Below, one piece after another: positions 39,978 through 51,213 of a DNA stretch of 64,000 nt; position 1 is the first letter of the stretch; each line of letters opens with the position of its first letter. The stretch spans positions 124,001-188,000 of the forward strand of contig JAXLNO010000357.1 of assembly GCA_038087875.1 (NCBI GenBank). Reading direction: 5' to 3'. The translations under genes and the position numbers were made by a program. The notes under the pieces were generated by a model, which saw only the letters and a program-made list of their open reading frames with translations, searched no databases and was not told the origin of the DNA. The stretch is from Malacoraja senta. Its lineage: Eukaryota.

Positions 39978-40278
39978 AGTTTAGTTTAGAGATACAACGT
40001 GGAACCAGGCCCTTTGGCCAGTTGAGTCCATGAACACCCATTCACACTAGTTCCAGATTATCTCACTTTCCTATCTGCTATCAAAACACCTGGGACAATT
40101 TAGAGGCCAATTAACATACAAATCTGCACGTCTTTGGGATGTGGGAGGAAACCATGGCACGTGGAGGAAACCCACGTGGTCGCGTGGAGTACGTGCAATC
40201 TCTGCATAGACAGCATTGAACCTGGGTCTCTGGTGCTATGAGGCAGCAGCTCTACCAGCTGCGTCACCGTGCCACCCC
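39978..40278 (-). mobile_element. HE1-like SINE
   Basis: Same structure as 29255-29549. Confidence 0.8.
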
Positions 40279-40772
40279 TTAGTAAGTAGTAAGCATCCCC
40301 CAAAGGGTTATCAGCTGCCAGGACATCATGAAACCTACTTTATCACTCAACATTGTGAATCAACATTCTGAGTACTGGGTTCAATGGGCTGTGAATTCTT
40401 GCAGTGCAGGAAGATTGACATGAGAAACAAGTCCATTGAAAATGATAAGACATCAAAAACTAAACAATGATCAAAGTCAAAATCTACAGTACCAAACTCA
40501 GTTTTAAAACAAATTTGGAAAACATGCTTAATTATAGACTAGTAATAGCTATGTGGGGAACATATGCACACCCTCGGGAGGAGGGGGAAATATGATTTCA
40601 TAATGCTTGAATTACACTGATGTCTCAAGGTTCCTTTGATGCAGTTGTGCTCAGGAGAGGAAGTTATTTCCAGCTTCCAGTCTGTTGCAATTAAGGCCAT
40701 TAACTGACATCAGAAATTTCCTGTGAATTTTAACCTTGGAATTTCTTTGCAGTTTGAATTAATGTTTTGCAG

Positions 40773-40881
40773 AAATGCCCTCCAGGATTGGAACCCAACT
40801 CTGACCACAGAGGTTGTGTGGAGTGTCAGAGAGGCTATTTCTCCAGAGAAGGTGATTTGAAGTGCCACAAGTGCCCTGCAG
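40773..40881 (+). CDS. Coding exon 5 of Cys-repeat protein
   Basis: gttttgcag| ... G|gtaaga. KCPPGLEPNSDHRGCVECQRGYFSREGDLKCHKCPA(G); phase 0 to 1. Confidence 0.9.
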
Positions 40882-41036
40882 GTAAGATGGGCATCGCTTC
40901 ATGGTTTACGAGGTGTTCTTCGGGTGAAACTACCTTTCTCTCCTATTGGGAGGAACCTTCAGCTCTTCACCCTTATCATTCCTGCTCCTCTTTAGATGTT
41001 TGTTAAATTTGTACATTCTTCTGTCCTTTGCTTTCT

Positions 41037-41340
41037 TAGTTTTAGTTTGGAGATACAGCGAGGAAACAAGCCCTTCAGCCCACTGAGTCTGAGCAGATCA
41101 GTGACCCCTGTAAAGTAGCACTATGCTACACACTCGGGACAATTTACAATTTTTACCAAAGCCAATTAGCCTACAAACCTGTATGTCCTGTACGTCTTTT
41201 GAGTGTGGGAGGAAACCAGAGCGCCCGGGAAAAAAGCACAGGGAGAGCATACAACCTCTGTACAGATAGCACCCATAGTCAGGCCCGAACCTGGGTCTCT
41301 GGCTCTGTACGGCAGCAACTCTACCGCTGCACCACCGTGT
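41037..41340 (-). mobile_element. HE1-like SINE
   Basis: Same structure as 29255-29549. Confidence 0.8.
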
Positions 41341-41966
41341 GGGTCCTTCTTGATTACATCTAGCGTTCACCATCTGCACATATCAAGTAACTGCTGTCCA
41401 GGTGGGGTATAGAGTGAACACTTATAATTTGGTGACATAGTAAAACAGCAGGTAGTGCAGCTGCTACCTAGCACCAGTGTCCTGGGTTCAATCCCCACCT
41501 GGGGTGATGTCTGTGTTGTACTTCAGGTGCTTCTTAAAAACATAATCAGAAAAAAATGGACAGCAATCCACATATCAAATATTTGGCTAAAGAAGAACAT
41601 TTTTAAAAGAAATGAGAGGCAAAGAGACATGGAGATAAACTAAAGCAGCTCAACTAAAACCGCTATTCGTATGGCTGTATGGTGACCACAAGTTTCATTG
41701 TACCAATTGGTGCATGTGACAAATGTCTCTTGTCTCTTGAAGGTGGCGGGGTCTTGGCCCTCAATGTGGGGTGAATATATCTTAGGATGTATATACAGCT
41801 GACAGGGTGGATATGGCTACAGAGGTGAAAATGATTTTGCGAATGAGGATTTTAAAACCAATGGGTTTCATGTTAGCTTAATTTGAAAAGGAAATCAGAA
41901 TTCATTTGATGTGGTGGATATAAAGGCAGAATTGACAAATACAGAAACAGCTATTCTTTATTGCAG

Positions 41967-42161
41967 GCTTTCTGTGCCCAGTGCCAGGATTAATATCACC
42001 TGTTTTGTGTTCTGCGGGCACGTATCAGCCGGGGACAGGTGGGATACGTTGTGTACCTTGCCCTGCTGGGGGAGATTGCACCGACCCTTCAGCAGCAGTC
42101 CCCTGCCCTCCCGGAGCGTACAGTGTTAGAGGAGGAATTGGATGTTCACCTTGTGCTCCAG
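41967..42161 (+). CDS. Coding exon 6 of Cys-repeat protein
   Basis: ctttattgcag| ... G|gtgtgt. FLCPVPGLISPVLCSAGTYQPGTGGIRCVPCPAGGDC...CSPCAP(G); phase 1 to 1. Confidence 0.9.
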
Positions 42162-42264
42162 GTGTGTTGGTGATTTGCTTTGTGACATTTGCTTTTGCCC
42201 ACTGCTCTTTTGCTTCATTCTATAAGAGATGTCAAAAAACGTCTTTTTTTTTTTTTGCCTCAAG

Positions 42265-42498
42265 GATTCTACAATGACAAGTCAAGTGTTTCCAACTGCA
42301 TCAAATGTCCTGCTGGCTCATTCTGTTCACCCACTGAAGCTGTTGAATGTGAGCCAGGTCACTATAGTGAGGCTGGCATGACCAGCTGTCCACCCTGTCC
42401 TGGGGGCTTCAACTGTAATCGTCTTCAGAAACCAAAGCCCTGTGGGCTTGGCAAGTTTGCTTTGAATGGAAGCATCCACTGTGAGGATTGTCCAAAAG
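42265..42498 (+). CDS. Coding exon 7 of Cys-repeat protein
   Basis: Poly-T tract + gcctcaag| ... G|gtagga. FYNDKSSVSNCIKCPAGSFC...NGSIHCEDCPK(G); preceded by a 103-nt intron; phase 1 to 1. Confidence 0.9.
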
Positions 42499-43519
42499 GT
42501 AGGAAAATGTCGGTGGTCTTCGTCATTTGAGAATGGAAGATCACTTATAGTGGTTGAAAGCACAAGGATTTTCTCAGCCCCTTGTAAAGTTACTAACTGA
42601 TTCTGACAAACACTGAAGGACACTAAATGCTGGAGTAACTTAGTGGGTCGGGTAACATCGCTGGAGAACATGGATAGGTGATGCTTAGGGTCGAGACACT
42701 TCTTCAGATGACCCCTTCTCCCGTCTACAACATTCCCCCTCTTCTTGGACTGCTGCTCCCTGACAAACACTGACTCTGGATCTGGGTGCCGCTGCCAAGG
42801 CCAATAATTATTGCCCACCCCTAAATGCCCTTGAGAAGATTTAGTTGAATTTAATGAATTTACAGTTGCAACTATGTATGTTTCATGGATCTGTGGGAGT
42901 GTTCCTCAAAATAAAAACATAATTCCAGGAGAAAAGCAACATGTGTAAAGAACTATCTTTCTCTTCAAAGATAGACACAAAATGCTGGAGATACTCAGCA
43001 GGACAGGCAGCAACTCTGGAGAGAAGGAATGGGTGACATTTCAGGTCGAGACCCTCCTTCAGGGGCAGTTTAGAGTCTGCAGCATCTGCAATTCCTTCCC
43101 ATACATATCTTTCTTTTAATTTTCTTTAATGCTTTTGTTCATTATGGGTAATGATGTGAAGGTGTGTTAAGGCTAAGGCATTGTCTCTGTACCCGATGCG
43201 ATGTAACGCTAAGAACTATATTCTTTATCTTTCCCTTCACTCTGTCTATTATACTTGAGTTTGGGTTTGATTGTATTTATGTATAGTATTATCTGATTGG
43301 ATTGGATAGCATGCAAAACAAAGCTTTTCACTGTACCTCGATACACGTGACCATAATAAACCTAAACCTAAACTTGGGTGGATCAGGAGGCTTGTCCTAG
43401 CAGCTCTAAGGTCACTGCAAGAAAAATCCTTTCCTTTCACAGTGGAGTTCAGGGAGATCACGGTCTGTGGGCTGGCAGCAGCTCACCATGTCAGATCAGT
43501 GATGCATCCCTATTAGACC

Positions 43520-43710
43520 ATTTAGTTTAGTTTAGAGATATAGCGTGGAAACAGGCCCTGTGTGAGGAAACCGGAGAACCCAGAGAAAACCCACACGATC
43601 ACGGGGAGAACATTCAAACTCCGTACAGACAACACCCGTAGTCAGGATCGAACCCGGATCTCTGGTGCTGTTAAGGCAGCAAATCTACCGCTGCGCCACC
43701 ATGTTGCCCC
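43520..43710 (-). mobile_element. HE1-like SINE (internally deleted)
   Basis: tRNA-like head and (CTAAA)n tail; the central part is missing. Confidence 0.75.
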
Positions 43711-44563
43711 TTCCGGCACATAAACAGATCTTGACCGTCATTTGCACCCCATCGCTAGCAATGGCATTGAAAGAAAGCAGCTTATTCACTTTTAGCATGG
43801 ACTAGTGCAAGAAAAGGGAAAGCATACAAGCCTGAAATCTTAGAATATCTCTCTCTTGGGTATCCATTCCAGCCAAGTGGAGGATCGTTTCTGTAATGTA
43901 GAACCTAGTAATTAATTAATAATAATTTCTTAACCTTTGGCTCTAAAGATCATTCATTTGTATTTTCTCTCAAATTTTAATTGCAATGATTAATTAATAG
44001 GATAATTAGATTGTGATCAATCAGCTATGAAGCATAGTCGAGCCAGTGGCAAAGTGATATGGTGGTGATTGTGAAGCCAACCAGGCACAGTGAGAGTTCT
44101 GCTGCAGGGTATTGCACAAAAATCATAGAGCACAAAAATTGCACAAAAATGCAAGATGGTCCACTCCTGCAAAATCCAATGGACTAACGTGTAGTACGGA
44201 ACGGGGCGGGACGTCCGCCATTTTAGCAAGCCCGACCCGACTTCCGTGGAATGTGTAATCAGCAAAGACCATAGAGCAGAGTCGGGTCGGGTCGGGTTGG
44301 TTTCTTTATTTGAAAATAGAAATGAGGAAAACTATCAAGGGAATGATTTGGTATGGTAATTGAAAAATTTCTGAAATACTAACTTAGAATGGAATCGGAG
44401 CATGCAACCATTGTCTTTTTTGAGGAAGACGGATGAGAGCTTTGGCTTACAGCCCAGGATGGAATTAATTTTAGCAAATGTTTGCTTGCTGTCAGAGCAA
44501 TATTTCAATGGCCTGCATTATCTGCAATTCGAACATTAAAAATGGCATGAAGAGGGCAATGCT

Positions 44564-44847
44564 TAGGAAGGAACTGCAGATGCTGGTTTAAACTAAAGAT
44601 AGACACAGAATGCTGGAGTAACTTAGCGGGACAGACGGCATCTCTGGAGAGAAGGAATGGGTGACGTTTCGGGTCGATACCCTTCTTCAGACTAAAAGTC
44701 CCTTTCCCGTGACTTTCAGTCTGAAGAAGGGTCTCGACCCGAAACTTCACCCATTCCTTCTCTCCAGAGATGCCGTCTGTCCCGCTGAGTTACTCCAGCA
44801 TTTTGTGTCGATCTTCGGTTTAAACCAGCATCTGCAGTTCCTTCCTA
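44564..44847. repeat. Inverted pair of Penelope-terminal units (~137-bp arms, 10-nt loop)
   Basis: 44564-44700 is a near-perfect reverse complement of 44711-44847. Confidence 0.9.
44659..44693 (-). ncRNA. Minimal type I hammerhead ribozyme motif (PLE-associated)
   Basis: The minus strand reads AGU-CUGAAGA-A-GGGU-AUCG-ACCC-GAAA-CGUC-ACCC: CUGANGA and GAAA core, stem II, palindromic ACGU stem III and a GUC cleavage triplet. Stem I is weak and activity is untested. Confidence 0.6.
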
Positions 44848-46050
44848 TACACACATCAGTCTGTCCAGTCGAGGGTACAATTGGCGATCGAAATACAACA
44901 GGAGTGTTCAAGCAAAGATTATAGAGCGGAGCTGATCTTTGTGTCCAAGGATGATTAATGCACCTGGCTCCAGTTTATGTACTTAACTTCATCCCGCGTT
45001 GAAACTGATCCCGGGGTGTATTAATCACCGGTAAATACATGCTTCATTCCCCTCTTTTCATTACTTGTATGACAGTTTCTAAAATCAGCGCACACAATGC
45101 TTTGGGGCCCGTTTGAATGGGTGAAAAACACAGCGATTCCGAATCTAGCTGCACTTAGCCCAGTAGAGTTATTTTCTTTACTCGTTTCAATGCGCGTAAA
45201 AGCAAATGACAATACAACATAAAGATTCTTGCCACAAACAACCAAAAAAGCTTGTAATAATTAGCATTTTATTAATATTTCGCCTTTTCATTTTGGATCG
45301 AATAAATAAAAATGATAGACGTTTACACGGATTTCGAAATTATGGGTAGCATTTTGGAGATTTGGAGAGAAATGGAACACTTAATGTTGAGGCACCGTTA
45401 CTGTAATCCGACGCTTAAAATGCCTGCGTTTTAAAATCTAAATATTTCTTTGCTGTAAAATAAATAGTTACACATGGTTACAAATAGTTACACAGCTGGT
45501 TACCCTATATTCTGCTAATTGGTATTCATATATATATTTTTTAAACCGCGTAAATGATAAGTTGCAGGAACAACATGTTTTTAAAAGAGTTTACTTCAGT
45601 TGTGATTAGTTAATGGTGTAAACCATTTGAAATAGAAACCAATTATATTTTCCCAAAACAAAAATCAAGGAAAAATGTCCTGAGTGCATAAATTCCTAAT
45701 TCACAATCAAGAAACTGCATCAAGAAACATCGGATTATAATTTGCTTTAAGACTCCCAATACGATCCATTAGGAACCGCGACAGATCTGCGTGCGGCACG
45801 CACTTGGCCAAATTCAGAACTGTGTTCTGCATTGCAACAAATTCATACATATCGAGCTAGGAGCTGAAGCTAACGTCTGCAGTTTTAGAGCACGGCACAA
45901 TTAAAGGTAATCAAAAGAAAAATAATTTACTTTATCTAACACCTGGGTGAGAAGGGTCTCGACCCGAAATGTCACCCATGCATTCTCTCCAGAGATGCCT
46001 GGCCCGAACCTCTGAGTTACTCCAGCTTTTTGTGTCGATCTTCGGTGTAA

Positions 46051-46235
46051 ACCAAAGATCATACACCAGAGCAAGATAGTCCACTCCAAAGATCGTAGAG
46101 CGGACGCCATGACCAAAGATCATAGATTGGAGCGGAGACGGAAGCCGTATACGGAAATGGCGCTGAAGATTACCCATGACCTACTACGGCTTTTTCAATG
46201 AGTGGACTATGTTGCTCCGCTCTATGATCTTTGGT
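46051..46235. mobile_element. MITE-like element with ~36-bp imperfect TIRs
   Basis: accaaagatcatacaccagagcaagatagtccactc versus gagtggactatgttgctccgctctatgatctttggt. Confidence 0.65.
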
Positions 46236-46908
46236 ATTGCATGTTTCTTACGAGCCTGTTAGATCAACCAAGGCTACGAGAGCACATTTACGGAATACAA
46301 AGAAAATAATCTACAGCACAGTTTTCTCCTCAGATGTTCACAACCGCCCTTGGTTGAATAACCCTAGTCCAGTAGACTCCAATCCTGCTCGAATACGTTC
46401 TTCATCTTCATTTTGTTTCAGATCACTTCATATGCAATCAGCAATCTCAGTTCCCCAGATGGCCTTGTGTACAGGATCCTGTATCCACTGAAAATCATTT
46501 AAAGTGATCAGTGTATCTTCACTTCCAGAAATGTCCTACTCACTAATTTTATTCATTGGAACGTTTTGCTTCATGACTTTATTGCCTTTCCATACTCCCT
46601 CTTTGTGTGGTTTTTTTTCAATTCACTGATTCAGCTTCTACCCATCGCAGTGATAGATTGGAAATGTGGAAGGAAAAGCACTGATTTAGAAACACTGTGC
46701 GCTGTGTCAAAATCAAATATGATTGTAGCCATTTGCCTGCATTACCAATTCACTGGGACACTGTTTAATCTCCTGGTTCACTTGTGCGTCTCCTTACCTA
46801 CTCATGAAATTCTGATATAAACTCATTTGCCATCTCAGTTAACTCTGCTTCTAGATTAAGAATGCATATTTAGCTGTTCTCTGGAGGTTCCAGAGTAAGA
46901 AAACAGGC

Positions 46909-47004
46909 TGAAGAAGTGTCTTGACCCGAAACGTAACCCATTCCTTCTCTCCAGAGATGCTGCCTGTCCCGCTGAGTTACTCCAGCTTTTTGTGTCTATC
47001 TTCT
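46909..47004 (+). mobile_element. Short Penelope-terminal unit with 14-bp TSD
   Basis: gtaagaaaacaggc duplicated at 46895-46908 and 47005-47018. Confidence 0.8.
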
Positions 47005-47154
47005 GTAAGAAAACAGGCAGTGACTTGGTGCACCTCTCATGACCTGGTGCACTTCACCAACTGGAATCGTGACTAACTTACTCTCTTTACGGTTTCTTTA
47101 TTTTAAACTTTGTTGAACATATATTTTTATATGTTGTTCTAATCGCCGCTTTAC

Positions 47155-47560
47155 AGGAAGCTGTGGAGAGGGTGCAGAAGAGGTTTACCAGAATGCTGCC
47201 TCGATGAATGAGCATCAATTATAAGGAGAGATTGGGCAAACTTGGATTGGCTTCTCTGGCCTCATAGAATTGTATAAAATTATGAGAGTCATAGTTAGGG
47301 TACACAGTCAGAATTTATTTATTGGAAGTTTAATGGAAAGAAAAAATGGGAAGTTTTCTACACAGAGTGGAGGGGACTTGGAAGGGTGGTGGAGGCAGAT
47401 ACAAAAGTGGCATTTCAGAGACATTTAGATCAGCACATGGAAATACAGGAACTGGAGGAATATGAGATACGGATCACATGCAAGCAAAGAAGCTTGGCAT
47501 TATGCTTGGCGCAGACATTGTGGGCCAATGGACCTGATTTTGTGCTGCACTGTTCTATGT
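47155..47560 (+). mobile_element. Degenerate CR1-clade LINE 3' fragment
   Basis: gagagggtgcagaagaggtttaccagaatg (ERVQKRFTRM) and a CR1 tail. Confidence 0.7.
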
Positions 47561-47576
47561 TTAATTTGTTATTCTA

Positions 47577-47893
47577 ATTTAGTCTTGAGATAGAGCGCGG
47601 AAACAGACCCTTCGGCCCACCGAATCCGTACCGACTAGTGATCCCCGCACATTAACACTCTCCTACACACCCTAGGGCCAATTTACACTTATACCAAGCC
47701 AATTAGCCTACAAACCTTTGGAGTCTTTGGAGTGTGGGAGAAAACTGAAGATCTTGGAGAAAATCCAAGTGGTCACGGGCAGAATGTACAAACTCCGTAC
47801 AGACAGCAACCGAGGTCAGACTCAAATCCAGATCTCTGGAGCTATAAGCGCTGTAAGGCCGCAACTCTGCCAATGCGCCACCATGCCGCCCCT
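47577..47893 (-). mobile_element. HE1-like SINE
   Basis: Same structure as 29255-29549. Confidence 0.78.
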
Positions 47894-48905
47894 GTGTCAT
47901 CTGTTATATTTAGTGTTTTCCTCTGTCCAATTCTCTCCTCTCTTCTCCCAGTAATGCCAACTTCAGCTGGTTGGAGTCAGAGTCATACAGCCTGGAAACA
48001 AGCCCTTTGGCCTAACCCGTACACATCGACCAAGATGCCCCATTGATTATTGTCATGGGATCCCTGTGTACTCCAGTAATGTGATCTATCTTTATGTGTG
48101 AGACTAGATTTATTCAACAGTGAGACTGGTCACTTTAGAACTTGTGAGAAGGATTTATTGAACACCTCACTCCCAGGGTTAATTAAAAGAGTAGTAATGT
48201 GTTAATAGTGATTGTTAGTACCGCTGCCCTGAGAATAATCCTCCCAAAATATTATGATTACTAATTTTTCCTTACAACTATTGGAAAAGTAATCATTTAT
48301 TGCCAATCCCTAGTTGTGTTTGAGATGGCATGGGGACTTCCTGCTTGTTACAGTCCTTATTTGAAGGTAATCCCATGGTACTGTTATGGTGGTCTCAGAA
48401 AGACAAACTGCTAACCAGGTTTAATATGCACTCAACTTTTGTAAATAAATTAAACAATGAAAAATATCTTCCATATATATCCCAGTGCTTGTGAATTTCG
48501 TATATGCAATATTATATTTATGAGTGCCACCTTTCAAACTGATATCCAAATTGAACTTAACCCTACAATGTCTATTTGCATTCACAGTACCGCCAATAGC
48601 ATGAAGGTCCATGTTATTAAATATCTGAGTCCTTGACATCATCATGAGTGTGTTCAACATTTGACACAAATCCACTGCTTGTTTGATTCATTTTGACAGC
48701 CTTTGGCTCCGCAAATATCGTAGCCTTTTATGTGTGCATAGTTTCTATTGTTTTGTGTGCTGTGCATTGAATTGATTGAGAACTCAATTTTTAAAAGTGT
48801 ACGTTTAAGTCAAAAAGAAATATTAGGCATGATTTAAGTCTCTGATAAAACCTGCTCTGAATTGTGTGTTCTATTTCTTCTTGTTTTTCTCCACCCTCCA
48901 CACAG

Positions 48906-49157
48906 GTCACAAATGTCCCTATGAAGCCACGATTAAGCCCATCCCGTGTCCTCTAGGGTACTATGCCAACAGTTGTGGACAGACTGTATGTAAGAAATGT
49001 GAGCGGGGAAGTTACTGTGAAGACCCGTCAAGTAACCCAGTGCTCTGTCCCATGGGAAAACGCTGTGAAGCTGCAGGGCTTGCAGCTGCTGAGAGCTGTT
49101 CTTATGGAACATACGCAGATGTAGAGGGAAGCACACAGTGTCAGTCATGCCCAGCAG
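48906..49157 (+). CDS. Coding exon 8 of Cys-repeat protein
   Basis: ctccacacag| ... G|gtttgt. HKCPYEATIKPIPCPLGYY...GSTQCQSCPA(G); phase 1 to 1. Confidence 0.9.
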
Positions 49158-50019
49158 GTTTGTAACAGCAGCTGACAAAAACTGAGAGCAGTGCAGAATT
49201 ACTCCTGTACATACAAAGCTGCAGGTTAACGCATTCCTTTCCCCCTCTCTGCCATTGTATGTCAGGCCATTATACTACAACATGAGCAAATTTTGATAGT
49301 CTTTATCATCAATACTTTTTATTAGATTATATAGAATTGGATAAAATATTACAGCATAAAAATATAATTTGACCCCAAATGTCTATCCCACAGTTTACTC
49401 TCTACATGACCTTCCTTCATGTTATATCATCTCACATAATGAATATGGATATTGAATCATAGATTTGTTATGATGCACATACAGCCTATTGAGTCTATTC
49501 CAATCCAATCAGTTCATTCCCTTCCTCATTCACCCCATTGCCTTGGACATTATTTTCCTTCAGTGCTTTTTCTAATGTGCATTCCTTTTTTTGTTTAAAT
49601 ATTTATTTAGCTTTGCTTTAGATGCACCCACACAAATTCCATTAAGTATTTTTGTGGTATAGCATACCATTCCCACCACTCCCTGAGAACATTATTTTCT
49701 TCTAGTTCCTTATTGGACATATTAGGGTTTACTGGATTTGAATATTACTGTTCAAATTTACTGCCTTATATTTAACATTCCGGGTGCCAGGTTTTAGGCT
49801 ACCTTGTGTGTGAAATCTCCATTTTAAAACCTAAATATATTTTACATTTTTCTTTCAGCTTTCTTTGCTTCTCCAGCAAAAAGAACCCGAGTTCGTTCAA
49901 ATGTTCATTTTGATATAATATTTTGAGATGTTAGTTATACAACTTAAAGGGGACAATGGAGATTGAGTGATGCAGCACAGTGGTTTGGAGAGATGACTGA
50001 AAATTCTGTTAACGTTCAG

Positions 50020-50345
50020 AGAACAAAGCAGCACAGGAACTGGCCCTTCAGCCCACAATGTCCGTGCCGAATATAATGCCAAGACCAACTCTTACCTTAC
50101 ACAAATCAATGTACCTCCATTCCCTGCATAGCCATGTGCCTATCCAAAACCCTCTTAAATGCCACTGTCTTATCTGCCCCATCAGCAGTGCTCTGCAGGT
50201 ACCCACCACCCTCTTTGTAAAACTAACCTCCCACACATTTTCTTTAAACTTTGCCCCTCTCACCTTAAAGCCATACCGTCCAGTGTTTGACATTTCCATC
50301 CTGGGGAAAAAGGTTCTGACTGTCTATCCTATCTATGTCTCTCAA
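50020..50345 (-). mobile_element. CR1-clade LINE 3' fragment
   Basis: Minus ORF with SNTGRYGFKVRGAKFK...FTKRVVG. Confidence 0.72.
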
Positions 50346-51213
50346 AGTTTGAGAGATTTGTTTGAAAAAGGGGATGTAGGGGGGAAAAAAGGATCACAAA
50401 AAAAATAATAACAGACGTTAAAATAATGACAGATAAAGAAAGGAGTAGGCAGAGGGTGGACAAGATGATGATGGAAGTGGGGAGGTGGATGGCAGATGGA
50501 ATCAGTATCAAATGGGGGAGGGGGCAGGGGGCTGGAGGGAAAGCATGACAAATGTTTTATTATTGAGGTGATAGCATAACGGAGAGAGGGGCAGACGTGG
50601 GCACTGTTAGAAAGATGAAAGCTTTCTTTCTATAAAAGAAGAAATTAGCACATCTCAAGTCAATCTAGCCTTGTAAACTGAACAGTGTACTAGACCCAAC
50701 TAATTACACAACTTCCCTGTCAGTCAAGTGCTGTGGCAGCACTGTAGAATGTGAGCAGTTAATGTTATACAGATAGTAAATATGTAGCTAAACTCCACCG
50801 CATTTCTCTGGAAAAATTGCTCGGCTTTTATTGGAAGAAGTTGCTGTAGTTTCTGTTTCCTCTGCCTTTTTAAACTGCTTTTTGAGGAAATGTATTTTGT
50901 TTGCTCCAACTCACAATTTGAGTTAGTGTTTATTCCTCTGCAGTTTTCAGGGCCTTGCTGTGTACAAATTGACCGCATTACTATAGCAACTATCTTTGAA
51001 AGGTACTTTGAGGGCATGAGAGGAGTGATATACAACTGTGCTCTTCTCTTCATTAAATACATTCAACAAGCGACAAGTGCATCACTTTCCAGTTAGCAAT
51101 AAATAGTTCCTGGATTGTCTTATGAACCTTGACTTGGCATTGGTTGTAACATGACTGCAGTGGCTGTGGTATGCAGGCAATGTGCAATATCTATATAACT
51201 AAACTATATAACT

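Noticed and set aside
46422..46503. Possible extra exon after ttttgtttcag in intron 7
   Set aside because: The translation lacks the Cys-repeat pattern, and exons 7 and 8 already join seamlessly (CEDCPKG|HKCP).
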